Below, piece by piece: positions 32,086 through 41,349 of a stretch of 54,237 nt of DNA (its first letter is position 1; each line of letters opens with the position of its first letter). This stretch comes from a virus (taxonomy: Duplodnaviria > Caudoviricetes): IMG/VR virus record IMGVR_UViG_3300049830_000086, positions 1 through 54,237 of that record. One strand, 5' to 3'. The position numbers and the translations under genes were made by a program. The notes under the pieces were generated by a model that ran no database searches, was not told where the DNA came from, and worked only from the letters and a program-made list of their open reading frames with translations.

Positions 32086-33278
32086 AGTTCCTTAGGTTCC
32101 TTATCAGTGTCTCTCTTCTTCTTGCGCTTAGCTAATCTTTCGGATTCACTAGCTTTCAAGTCTTCTTCAGATGGCATGGCTGGAACTTCAAGGACAGTAC
32201 GAATAGCATCCTTAGCTGCTTCAGACCTAGCAATGATTGCGCCCAATTCCTGGTCACGATATTGCTCTTCAGTGCTTAGTGGAATTTCTTCTCCCTCCAA
32301 ACCCTTATAAGTCATTCCATCGATCTTCCAACGATAATAGGCACCACTCTTGTTGATAAGCTCAGGGTAGTGTTCCCCGATCAACCTAACTAACGGTGAA
32401 TACCAATCGATACCACCATTGATGTATAGGTCAAAGTTTACCTTTTGAGTAGAACCTTCACGACCAAGCTTGTTACGAGTACAAGTGATGTCATGCTTAG
32501 AGCCAATCTTGCGTTCAGCTCCGTGTTCGTTAGTCTTCTTCATGTCACCAGTTCGTTCCATCTTGATCTGGTAAGTGCTGCTAAACCTAGGAGCTTCACC
32601 ACCCATCATGGATTCTGCTTCGCCACCGAACGGTACGAAACCACCAATCTTAGTCTTGAGCTGGTTTAGAGCTAGGAATACACAACGTTCATTAGCTAGT
32701 GGATGCTCCATCTCGCGGTAGAAGCGGGCTAATAGACGTGCGTGAGTGCCGGGCATGGTGTTCGTCATGTTGTTTGACGAATCCTGCTCATAATCTGTTG
32801 TGCTGCCTGCAATACTGTCTAGGCAGATGAGAATAGGCATTTGACCATCAGGGTCAATCTTGCCTAAGTTGCGGATAAATAACTCCGCGATGTTCAAAGC
32901 TTCTTCCAAAGTCTGCGGGTGAATCAACTCCACCTCGTCCAACTTCACACCTTGTTTCTTGGCGTATTCCAGATCGATAGCGTTTTCAGTTTCTAGCCAT
33001 ATGACCTTGCCTCCGTTCTTTTGGAATGTTTTGGCGATGTCATAGAATAGGGAGGTCTTTGATGAACTCTTCTTGCCATACACTAGATAGAACCTGCCGT
33101 AAGATAAGTATCTACGGTCAAGCACATGCTCTAATAACGGGTTGTCGAGTAGTAAGCCTGTTGGTGGCTTCTCTTCACTAGCTTTAATAAACTTCGTATC
33201 GCTAGTCTTGTACTTCTTCTCGTACGCTTTCTTAACGGTATCGGTTAACTGGTTGAATAAGTCATTCTGTGTTGGCAT
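32082..33278 (-). CDS. recA: RecA/UvsX-like recombinase
   Basis: YGKKSSSKT (variant Walker A), ETENAID..YA..GV, LDSIA, NQL..KIG, GG.A..F, .NK. Confidence 0.88.
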   Translation of the reverse strand: MPTQNDLFNQLTDTVKKAYEKKYKTSDTKFIKASEEKPPTGLLLDNPLLEHVLDRRYLSYGRFYLVYGKKSSSKTSLFYDIAKTFQKNGGKVIWLETENAIDLEYAKKQGVKLDEVELIHPQTLEEALNIAELFIRNLGKIDPDGQMPILICLDSIAGSTTDYEQDSSNNMTNTMPGTHARLLARFYREMEHPLANERCVFLALNQLKTKIGGFVPFGGEAESMMGGEAPRFSSTYQIKMERTGDMKKTNEHGAERKIGSKHDITCTRNKLGREGSTQKVNFDLYINGGIDWYSPLVRLIGEHYPELINKSGAYYRWKIDGMTYKGLEGEEIPLSTEEQYRDQELGAIIARSEAAKDAIRTVLEVPAMPSEEDLKASESERLAKRKKKRDTDKEPKEL

Positions 33279-33339
33279 AACGTAAAATAGGAAGAACCCA
33301 GGTTAATCCCAGGCTCTTCCTTCACTACTGAATGTCAGC

Positions 33340-34377
33340 TTACTTAGTCTTGGACTTCATGTAAGCCATTGCCACCTTTAATGCATCGCTGTCTGCAGCG
33401 AATGCGGGTAGTGCTTCTGAAGCCGTTTCAGCCTTAGCGTTTGCCTTTGGAATGCTCATAGTGGGAGCAATTGTCGCCTTGGGTATTGATGGAGCCTTAG
33501 GAAGAGATAGCATCGGGTTTACTTCCGATTCTACTTCCGTAGAGTCTACCTTCTCTGCAACTTCGTGAATCGGAGCTGCAAATGTTTTAGAAGCTGGAAC
33601 TGCCATACTAACGGTGGTTGTACCGTCATTGTAGCCTTCCATACCTTTCCTAAATATATCGGTGGGCACGATGCTCTTTAGCTTCTCGATCAACTGTTCC
33701 TTAGGAGGATAGTTGATTACTTCATCGAGGTTATAGAGATAATCTGTGTCTGCCAATTCCGTAGGTAGTCTTGTAGTCCTACCAGGATTGATTTGGATCT
33801 TCCAAGGCTGACCGCTAGCCTTAAGATCAAGTTTGATGTTAACTACGATAGCTTTCTCGTAGTCCGTCAACTCAGGATTCGGGGAATTGTCTTCCTGTTT
33901 ACCGCGAGTAAACTCGTCGATAACGCTAGCTCCACCTGATTGTGGTAAGTCAAGAACGTGAACTCCTGAGCCGAACTCATTATGAATTGCGGCATTGTAA
34001 AGAACTCTCCATGCAGTCCTACCCCATGCAGGGTAGACCCAGCGAGTTTTACCCGCTTCGTCCTTCACTTGTTCACTTTTAGCCATGTTCGGCGCAAACG
34101 TCTGCACTTTATTTGCGAAATATTCTATCGGGCAATTAGGTTGTACTGCGAATTTCTCCTTGTACAATCCCATGCCGAAGTTATCTCGTATTTTTAAGGG
34201 ACGATACCAGACACCTGCACCTGCACTGTCTGTTTTATAGCCACCTAAAATGTAGAGGTATACGCCGTTTTCTTTGTTCTTGAAGTCTACTAAACGAGTT
34301 CCTGACTTGATGTAAGTTGAGGATCTCTGGGTGAGGTCGCCGCCTTCGAATGTTCTAGATGCTCTGATTATAGGCAT
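33340..34377 (-). CDS. Probable single-stranded DNA-binding protein (gp32-like)
   Basis: Adjacent to recA; CPI motif, OB-like core, disordered tail; no firm family motif. Confidence 0.45.
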   Translation of the reverse strand: MPIIRASRTFEGGDLTQRSSTYIKSGTRLVDFKNKENGVYLYILGGYKTDSAGAGVWYRPLKIRDNFGMGLYKEKFAVQPNCPIEYFANKVQTFAPNMAKSEQVKDEAGKTRWVYPAWGRTAWRVLYNAAIHNEFGSGVHVLDLPQSGGASVIDEFTRGKQEDNSPNPELTDYEKAIVVNIKLDLKASGQPWKIQINPGRTTRLPTELADTDYLYNLDEVINYPPKEQLIEKLKSIVPTDIFRKGMEGYNDGTTTVSMAVPASKTFAAPIHEVAEKVDSTEVESEVNPMLSLPKAPSIPKATIAPTMSIPKANAKAETASEALPAFAADSDALKVAMAYMKSKTK

Positions 34378-34488
34378 ATGTATGTGTGTTTATTAATAAG
34401 TCTTAGTGTTCATATAGTTTGTAATTTTGTTTTGGGGACTAGAGTAAACTCGTACTCTAGTCCCGATTGTAATTTTCGTATCCCTATA

Positions 34489-35106
34489 TTACAACATTAG
34501 CACGACCGGGTCAAGCTGTAAATCGTCGCGCAAATAGTTGAGAAATGTCTGGGTCATCATGCCGGCTACGATCTGCGGAGTTACGTGTGAAGTCTTATTC
34601 TTCTTATCGTACTCTAACAGACAGCCGGTGCGTTCTTTGCTGTTGGTGATAGCTTTTTCCAATACCGACTTTTCGAGTCGTGAGTGGTAAAGTCCTACTT
34701 GACGAGATGAACAACGCCCGTCAATCCAGAACAATTCAGGGTGGGTATAACCGTACTCGTAGAGGTCTTTGCGAAAAGACATACTGTCAACGGCACTGAA
34801 TATTACGTCAAAGTTTCCAAAATCCTTTTTAGTCAAGAAGCGTTTGTGAGCTTTGACCATATCAAGACAACGTTCGGCGACGATCTCGGACTTATACTTG
34901 CCGATATCTTCGTCGTAGAAGTTTTGATGGAGGAGGTTGGAAGCATCCACAATATCATCATCGAAGATGTCTATCGTGGATCCACCGAAATCAAACTGAT
35001 TTCGTTTCGCACCGTAATCAAACAGGTTGGCTGCTAAGAAGGCTCCGATACCTCCCGCGCCTGCTATGGCTATGCGATCAATTTTAGCTTTAGTTTTAGT
35101 ACTCAT
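34489..35106 (-). CDS. ThiF/MoeB/E1-like adenylating enzyme
   Basis: IAGAGGIG, DDDIVDASNLLHQNF, GKYK, AVDS...R, WIDGR; candidate catalytic Cys in TGCL. Confidence 0.88.
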   Translation of the reverse strand: MSTKTKAKIDRIAIAGAGGIGAFLAANLFDYGAKRNQFDFGGSTIDIFDDDIVDASNLLHQNFYDEDIGKYKSEIVAERCLDMVKAHKRFLTKKDFGNFDVIFSAVDSMSFRKDLYEYGYTHPELFWIDGRCSSRQVGLYHSRLEKSVLEKAITNSKERTGCLLEYDKKNKTSHVTPQIVAGMMTQTFLNYLRDDLQLDPVVLML

Positions 35107-35110
35107 TTAG

Positions 35111-35626
35111 TTATAGATTTTCAGATTCGATCCACGCAGAGCTCATGTAAGTTCTTCCTTGATCCGGTGCAAAACCATGGAACTTAAGGACACTACTGTA
35201 GAGCCACTTGCTATGATTATCTTCCTTTACGTGGTTAGGATTATAATCGAACCTATTCAATTCCTTGCTTGGTGCATAAATGAAATTGATAGGGAAACTG
35301 GTAAACAACATGTTGACGTCAATACTACTTGGCATCGCCCTCATACCTAACGGGTGTGTATGATAGCTAGCAAAGATCGACCATCCATCGTCGATAGTTC
35401 GCAAGAACACATTGTTGTTGAACTCGTCGTCGTCGGCTACATATAGTCCGACCGCTTGAGTTGTACCGGTTATTTTGTTTTTAACCGGTACAAACTCATA
35501 ATTCTCTTTGCCTGCTTCCTTCAAAATAAAACCACCCTGCTCTTCAGCCAAGGCATGGTTATAGTGTGATATTGCTGACAAAAGGCACTGGTCTAGAAAT
35601 GTTCTGGATGTCTTTAGTGAATTCAT
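35111..35626 (-). CDS. JAB/MPN+ (JAMM) metalloprotease
   Basis: EEQGGFI ... YHTHP ... PSSID (E-HxH-S-D). Confidence 0.85.
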   Translation of the reverse strand: MNSLKTSRTFLDQCLLSAISHYNHALAEEQGGFILKEAGKENYEFVPVKNKITGTTQAVGLYVADDDEFNNNVFLRTIDDGWSIFASYHTHPLGMRAMPSSIDVNMLFTSFPINFIYAPSKELNRFDYNPNHVKEDNHSKWLYSSVLKFHGFAPDQGRTYMSSAWIESENL

Positions 35627-35957
35627 CGATACGAGAGATAATTTCTTTTTTCAAATCATCGGAAAACTTTGTTTCCCAATGGTCTGCATGCTTCATAATG
35701 ACTTTGAAACACTGACAGACAATTTTCGTTTCATACAGTCTACGTTTTTTCCTGATAGAATCAGGTTCTTTTTCCGTCGGCGTGAGTTCCAGCGGGTTTA
35801 CTGTAGGGGCTACTCCCCAAAACACTTCACCTGGCCAATCGATAGGTTTTAACATATCGATTGCCATACTTACCGCCTCGGGTTGGTCTTCCCAATCCTC
35901 AGCGATAAGCTGGGCGAGCTGATAACACGTCGCGAAAACTAGATCTTCGCGGTCCAT
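35559..35957 (-). CDS. Hypothetical protein in the Ubl operon
   Basis: 132-aa ORF overlapping the JAB start. Confidence 0.55.
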   Translation of the reverse strand: MDREDLVFATCYQLAQLIAEDWEDQPEAVSMAIDMLKPIDWPGEVFWGVAPTVNPLELTPTEKEPDSIRKKRRLYETKIVCQCFKVIMKHADHWETKFSDDLKKEIISRIDEFTKDIQNISRPVPFVSNITL

Positions 35958-35964
35958 GGTTTGA

Positions 35965-36546
35965 TTACTCGATTAGAGCAACCTGCACTTGCACTGGCAA
36001 TGTCTTATCGACAACCAAGTTGTCTTCTGCGCTAAGGACGACATGGCGTTCATTGTGGAACTCAGGGTCGATAACGGTAGAAGTCTTGACAGTCGGACGA
36101 AGGCCGTACTCAGCAGTTGCTTCTGTGATGCTTCTGGAAACTTCCAACATCTCATCCTTTGTAAGACCAGTCAAATCAACAGTCAAATGCTGACTGTCTT
36201 GAATGTAGTCTAACAACGGATGTCCCTCACCCAAGAGCTTAGCGAGAGTCTGTGCATGCTGGCTATCTTTGATGACGTATGAATTTACGAAGTTGACTTG
36301 AAGTCCTCCTACGTCAAAGGAGTGCACTACTTCGTTCTGGTCTTCTGCAGTTGCATTGAAGCCGAAATAGGCTGGCTTTAGCAAGTCCTTGAGATCGACT
36401 TTGAGCTCGCCTTCAAGCTTCTCAGCTTTACGACGAACTTCGATCAACTGTTCAAGTTTAGCTGTGAGCTTTCCAGCCTGTCTTTGCTGAGCTGCTGAGA
36501 GCTCTAGGTCCAAAGACTCATTTGGATAATTACTGATTGCTGACAT
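35965..36546 (-). CDS. Hypothetical protein in the Ubl operon
   Basis: 193-aa ORF with N-terminal coiled coil. Confidence 0.65.
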   Translation of the reverse strand: MSAISNYPNESLDLELSAAQQRQAGKLTAKLEQLIEVRRKAEKLEGELKVDLKDLLKPAYFGFNATAEDQNEVVHSFDVGGLQVNFVNSYVIKDSQHAQTLAKLLGEGHPLLDYIQDSQHLTVDLTGLTKDEMLEVSRSITEATAEYGLRPTVKTSTVIDPEFHNERHVVLSAEDNLVVDKTLPVQVQVALIE

Positions 36547-36549
36547 AAG

Positions 36550-38565
36550 TTAGCGTTTAAGTGTGTGGATTTGTTTAGCCATCATCTCATCGTTAGCGAG
36601 CGCGAATAAACGAGCGACTAAAGCATCTCTGCCTACGCCCATCTCGCCTCTATTAACAATACAGACATAGCTTCCGTTCTTGTCGTCGTGATGTTCCCAA
36701 ACTTTGTTAACACCTTCGGTTTCAACGAAGTAGCTACGCATTTTGCCCTTCACGACGTAACCTTGCTTACCGTCACGAGTGCTAGCTTTAGCACCGGTCA
36801 AGTCGCAGGCTTCTTTGAGCAGTTCTTCGGAGCGTTTCTCCGCTTCACTTAGCTCATAGTTGATTACACCAACAATATTCTTTTTGTCTTCTTCAGTAAT
36901 ACCATCAGCATAGGTGGTCAACATCTCTGCGAGTTTAGTACCGCAGGTGTTACCACTTGAATTGTTATTCTTCGGAACAAAGAAACCTTCCTTTGTCTGA
37001 GTGTAGTCGCCCTGATAACCCATGTAGGCTTGGCGATTGACTTGGTCTACCTTCTTCACGAACTCAGCGAACTTGCCGATCTTATACTCGTGTGTAGCCA
37101 ATACTTTCGTCTTATCCTTAGGATCATAGATGTTTACGACTAAGTAGAAACCTTTAGCGTTCTTAGCATCTTTGTGGACGAACCTTAGTTTAGGATGCTT
37201 GAGTGTTGCAGGCTTACCATAGCTGTTCCTGTCAGTCTCAAAGAAGACTGTCTTAACAGGTAGACCATTAGCCCATACATCACGGATCTTTAGTGAGTGA
37301 CGAGAGACGTTACTGATGAACTTGTCAAAGTTCTCAATGTTGCTGCCTACCGGGTCACCTTCGACCTGTTGATAGCAGCTAGCACGTCTTAGGACTGGAC
37401 TAAGCTCATCGACGTTAATCAAGTGACCGTTGATGCTGCGCCTAGTATTTTCAGTAGAACAAGAGATCTTTAACGGAATGTCATTGATCTTGAATGAGAA
37501 GTTCTTAGCTTCGGCAAATCCAGTCTCATCTGCGTTAAGCGTCAGACCCTTGAATTGGTCGTTCACCCAGTCAGTATAGATATTGATTAGTGTAAAGATG
37601 TCCCACTCAGCTTCATTAGGATTCAGCTTAGAGAAGACGACTTCAGCCAAGTTCTTGGCTTCAATACTAACATGACCAGCAGTGTAGTCAGCGCGGGTAG
37701 AAGTGATACGGATACCATTCAAATCAATGAACGGGCTCTCAGCTCTCTTCAATTTACCAATCATGACGTTAGAAGTGTTCTTGCTAAAGTCTTCCTGGAT
37801 CCTTGTTTTAAGCTGGATATACTGATCGCGTAGTTTAGCCGGCATAGCTTTTTCCATCTTAAGCAGCTGCAACCTACAGTCTTTGCTAGGGATGAATGCC
37901 TTATGCTGGATGATCTCGTCGATTGCTGGAGGATAGACTGATGCAGCCGCTATGACATAGTTCATGTCTAGAGTCACTGCATCCGTGATAAACATACGAT
38001 GACCGTCTTCTATTGAGTCGCCAGTCGAGACGTAGCAAATCACATGGCCTTGGTCGACATAGTTGTAAAAGGGAGTTTGTTCATCTGCGCAGAAGACTAG
38101 TTGTCCGCCGCTGTAGACACCACCGTGAATACATGACCTAATCGTATGACCATTGCCGTCTGATTTTTCAGGAACAGCCTTTTCGAGTAGATAGAGGTTT
38201 ACGCGGTTGTTGTTGTCAAACACGCTAGCAGCGTAGAATTTGACACCTGGAACATTTTTACGGTACAGGTCACCGTTAACTTTGGTGCAGTTAGCATCCT
38301 TAGTCATAGCATCCAGGCCTTTGAAACCTTGGATTGCATCAAGCTGGATTGTGTTGGGAGCTGCCGTCCAAATATCAGCCAACGCACGTAGCGAAGTGAC
38401 ATTCTTGAACGTAGCGTAAAAGCCGATTTGATAGTATGCGCTTTGTGACCCTTCACCGGCTACATACTTTTCAGTTTTGTTGATTTCAAATTCGAGATTG
38501 GCTTTCTTCAGCTTGTTAAAATAGTTCAGGTAATAGTTAAGATTTTCGAGAGTAATTGCGTGCAT
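36550..38565 (-). CDS. 671-aa protein of unknown function in the Ubl operon
   Basis: Long clean ORF; C-terminal V.GK.R.Y...YVCIV...D....R..AL.ND domain. Confidence 0.75.
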   Translation of the reverse strand: MHAITLENLNYYLNYFNKLKKANLEFEINKTEKYVAGEGSQSAYYQIGFYATFKNVTSLRALADIWTAAPNTIQLDAIQGFKGLDAMTKDANCTKVNGDLYRKNVPGVKFYAASVFDNNNRVNLYLLEKAVPEKSDGNGHTIRSCIHGGVYSGGQLVFCADEQTPFYNYVDQGHVICYVSTGDSIEDGHRMFITDAVTLDMNYVIAAASVYPPAIDEIIQHKAFIPSKDCRLQLLKMEKAMPAKLRDQYIQLKTRIQEDFSKNTSNVMIGKLKRAESPFIDLNGIRITSTRADYTAGHVSIEAKNLAEVVFSKLNPNEAEWDIFTLINIYTDWVNDQFKGLTLNADETGFAEAKNFSFKINDIPLKISCSTENTRRSINGHLINVDELSPVLRRASCYQQVEGDPVGSNIENFDKFISNVSRHSLKIRDVWANGLPVKTVFFETDRNSYGKPATLKHPKLRFVHKDAKNAKGFYLVVNIYDPKDKTKVLATHEYKIGKFAEFVKKVDQVNRQAYMGYQGDYTQTKEGFFVPKNNNSSGNTCGTKLAEMLTTYADGITEEDKKNIVGVINYELSEAEKRSEELLKEACDLTGAKASTRDGKQGYVVKGKMRSYFVETEGVNKVWEHHDDKNGSYVCIVNRGEMGVGRDALVARLFALANDEMMAKQIHTLKR

Positions 38566-38651
38566 GTTGAGATGTGGGTGTTGTATACTAGCGCTATTAG
38601 CAATAAGAAGAGTCTTTTAATTTTGTGACTCCTCTTGTTGTTGATAGGTGC

Positions 38652-38951
38652 TTAGTGCGTGCCACCTGCGAGAGCACCAGTGATGAAAATCACGGGTTCC
38701 TCGTATTCCTTAAGGATAGAGTGGAAACGAATAGTGTCCTTAAGTAAGCCTTCAGCGTCATTAATGTCGCGTGCTTGTAGCTCAAAGGGCCTGACGCCGT
38801 TTTGGCTACGAACATTGATGTTTTTACCATTAGTGAAGTGGTAAGTAAAGGCAGTCTTGATAGCGTCGTCGATCTGTTGTTCCAGAGTTGAGTGTCCGGT
38901 TTGATCTAGGATCTTAATCTTGACGATGATGTTTGCGGTAGTCTTGTTCAT
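38652..38951 (-). CDS. Putative ubiquitin-like (beta-grasp) protein with C-terminal GG-TH
   Basis: 99 aa, beta-beta-alpha N-terminus, final strand VIFITGALAGG plus a 2-residue extension; E1 and JAB genes downstream. Confidence 0.65.
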   Translation of the reverse strand: MNKTTANIIVKIKILDQTGHSTLEQQIDDAIKTAFTYHFTNGKNINVRSQNGVRPFELQARDINDAEGLLKDTIRFHSILKEYEEPVIFITGALAGGTH

Positions 38952-39091
38952 AATAATTGTATGTTAGTGTTAGTGTCGATATAGTTTAGAACTATTTCCT
39001 ATTTGCTGATAATTGTATCAGACACATGCAGATAGGTCACGAATTATTTTAGACCAGACTTTTTAATTTTAGTGGTACTTTTTGATGGATC

Positions 39092-39835
39092 TTAATGAAT
39101 CTTGAACTTAATGTTCCTCAGACGGATGTCGTCTGTATAAGTGAAGCAAAGCTTGCAGGATGCGCAAGCACCTTTAGTGTCGGTGTTGGCCACCTTACCG
39201 TAAGTCTCAGGGCATCCTACGAATTTCTCAGTAGTATCCTCAGGCTTAGGTTCTCCTAAATGTGCCATTCCTATATTCTTGTAGGTTGGCTTCAAAGAAT
39301 CATAAATTTTAACCGCAGTCTTCATGTTGACCGGGTCTATACTTAGATAGACAGCCAGGTTAGGAGCTTGGACAAGTATATGTGCAAACTCATGGCTTCT
39401 AGTGTACGTCCAGAATTTGACTTCCGGAAACTTGCTGCAACTTGCGACTATAGCTCTGGCAAACTGTTCGGAGAATACGTCTCCACTGTAAAACAGTCTG
39501 AAATACCAGTGCTCCTTCGTATTACTGTTGACGAAATTTTGGAAGGTGTTAGACAACACCGTCACTTGCTCATCATAGGACTTGCCTACGACAGCTTGTG
39601 TGTTATTGTCTAAAACCTTCCCAACCGCCTTGTAAATTTGTACTATCTTAGCCATATAACAGGTTTCCCTTTTTCTACCTGTTCGTACGTCTAAGCAACC
39701 ACCAGCACCAGAAGTGGCACCAGGGCATGTTCCGCCATCCTTAGGCAAACCGTAATTAAGTCCAAACGTATTCCTATGATTGGACCTAAATTTTACTTTG
39801 CCGTTGTCTGTAAGGGTCAGACTAGGGGTAAGCAT
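39092..39835 (-). CDS. Gp88-like Cys-rich (radical-SAM-like) protein
   Basis: TCPGAT...C...CY, FRL..SGD, FW.YTRS, C-terminal CP...C..C..C. Confidence 0.7.
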   Translation of the reverse strand: MLTPSLTLTDNGKVKFRSNHRNTFGLNYGLPKDGGTCPGATSGAGGCLDVRTGRKRETCYMAKIVQIYKAVGKVLDNNTQAVVGKSYDEQVTVLSNTFQNFVNSNTKEHWYFRLFYSGDVFSEQFARAIVASCSKFPEVKFWTYTRSHEFAHILVQAPNLAVYLSIDPVNMKTAVKIYDSLKPTYKNIGMAHLGEPKPEDTTEKFVGCPETYGKVANTDTKGACASCKLCFTYTDDIRLRNIKFKIH

Positions 39836-39844
39836 AATATTTGT

Positions 39845-40093
39845 TGAGCATGGTAGGATTCGATACCTACATGAGGTGCTTTACACAGCCAGTTTTTCCG
39901 ATTAGTGTCCTGCGTCTTTATCAGGGCCGTATCTCCGCAGAACCGACTGTCACTCCCGTTAGGTCTTGTGTGGTACTCCACTCAGCTAACCCATCGCCTT
40001 GCACTCTCTCAGTCTACCTAGGATTGCTCCTAGCGTCATATACCTGCGTCTACTTTCGAGGAACAACAAAGTCCTCGCTTCCGCCACATGCTC
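39845..40093 (-). ncRNA. ~250-nt tRNA-like RNA with D-loop hairpin insert and ~150-nt central insert
   Basis: GAGCATG/CATGCTC-A acceptor stem; Leu-type TGGCGGAA...GTAGACGC D-arm; T-arm GTAGG-TATCGAAT-CCTAC. Confidence 0.65.
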
Positions 40094-40100
40094 AAATTAC

Positions 40101-40808
40101 TTATTTAGCTAACGCCTTAGCAGAATCTAACAAGTAGAATCCGCGCTCAGGGTTAGTCAATGCCTTAATGTTCTTGGATGGAACCGCTAACCAAGAAGTT
40201 ACATCAGGGTCTGCCAAACCTGAACCCTTTACGATCTCAGCTTTAGTGACCTTTTTATCCTTGTTCTTAACAAAGAATGTAACCAATGTCCTGGTCTTTT
40301 CAGTCAATCTATCAAAGTTTGCTAAGACAGCCTTGGTCAAAACTTCGTCTGATACTGCACTTGATACAGCCGGCGCAGGCAGTTGGGCAGGACTGGTATC
40401 AGAAGTTGCCGCCTTTTCAACCTTAGTGAACGCAGGTTTCCAGTCCACAGCTTTTATGCGTGGTGGATCGTTTTCGTCTAACTCATCCTTCATACCTGGC
40501 ACTTCTGTGTCTGGTTGTTGAGGTTTGTCGACAGAAGAAAGTTTCTTTGCTACTTTAGTATTGATCGTTTGTAGTTCAGCGATCTTTACATTAGCCGGGT
40601 TTGCAATGTTATATGCACAGGCTTTTAGGTCGTTCACGTCGTCAGAGACAACACTGTGAGCGATGATGATATTTGGGTCGAGCTTGAGAGCTTCTGCAAA
40701 CTTGATAATTTGCTGCCCTACGTCTCGATATGCTGTCTTAACAGCAGTTTTTTCAGTGGAATCCACAGGAGCCACGAAACAAACACTAACCTTAATTTTA
40801 GATGCCAT
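40101..40808 (-). CDS. Hypothetical protein with C-terminal winged-HTH-like domain
   Basis: C-terminus TKAEIVKGSG...VTSWL...RGFY resembles that of 40811..41308. Confidence 0.6.
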   Translation of the reverse strand: MASKIKVSVCFVAPVDSTEKTAVKTAYRDVGQQIIKFAEALKLDPNIIIAHSVVSDDVNDLKACAYNIANPANVKIAELQTINTKVAKKLSSVDKPQQPDTEVPGMKDELDENDPPRIKAVDWKPAFTKVEKAATSDTSPAQLPAPAVSSAVSDEVLTKAVLANFDRLTEKTRTLVTFFVKNKDKKVTKAEIVKGSGLADPDVTSWLAVPSKNIKALTNPERGFYLLDSAKALAK

Positions 40809-40810
40809 AT

Positions 40811-41308
40811 TTATAGTAAATCAGGATTGAATAGGTATACACCACGGCTGACACAAGTAATAGCTTTGCATTGCTTGCCAGTACCTCCTAACCACACAGA
40901 CAAAGTGCCAGCCGGTGAACCGACAGCATTAGCGATGTCTTGTATTTTTAGTTGTATACCAGAGTTTTGAACAAAATAAGTAACAGTTTTCTTAGTAGAC
41001 TCAGTCCTAACATTGAAGCATTTCATTGCCTTTTCGATCATGTCTTGTTCAACATTCATCTTAGGCATTGGAGCTGAGCTAGTCTTAAAGATAGGGATGC
41101 TTGTTGGAATAGCTTGTGAGGCTTCTCCAGGTGGTAGCATAACAGTATCTTGTCTAATGTAGTCGTAGATTGCATCTTTATTTTGTTGAATCCTTTCGGC
41201 CGCCGCTAATATTTGTTTGGACAAACTATCAACAGCGAGTTTTTGACTATCTATGTTTTTATCAGAAGCAGTATCTTTGAATGATACGTAAATGATTGAA
41301 TCAGCCAT
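40811..41308 (-). CDS. Hypothetical protein with C-terminal winged-HTH-like domain
   Basis: IQDIANAVG...TLSVWL...SRGVY. Confidence 0.6.
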   Translation of the reverse strand: MADSIIYVSFKDTASDKNIDSQKLAVDSLSKQILAAAERIQQNKDAIYDYIRQDTVMLPPGEASQAIPTSIPIFKTSSAPMPKMNVEQDMIEKAMKCFNVRTESTKKTVTYFVQNSGIQLKIQDIANAVGSPAGTLSVWLGGTGKQCKAITCVSRGVYLFNPDLL

Positions 41309-41349
41309 GTTATAGAGGCTGGTAGGGGTTAGCCTACCAGCCTTGGTGA

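Noticed and set aside
39845-40093. tmRNA call
   Set aside because: No G3:U70 pair, Leu-type D-arm, and no identifiable tag reading frame
40811-41308. C-terminus FNPDLL as a member of the RRLDxxL tag family
   Set aside because: Lacks the basic residues and linker, and appears to be part of the folded winged-helix domain
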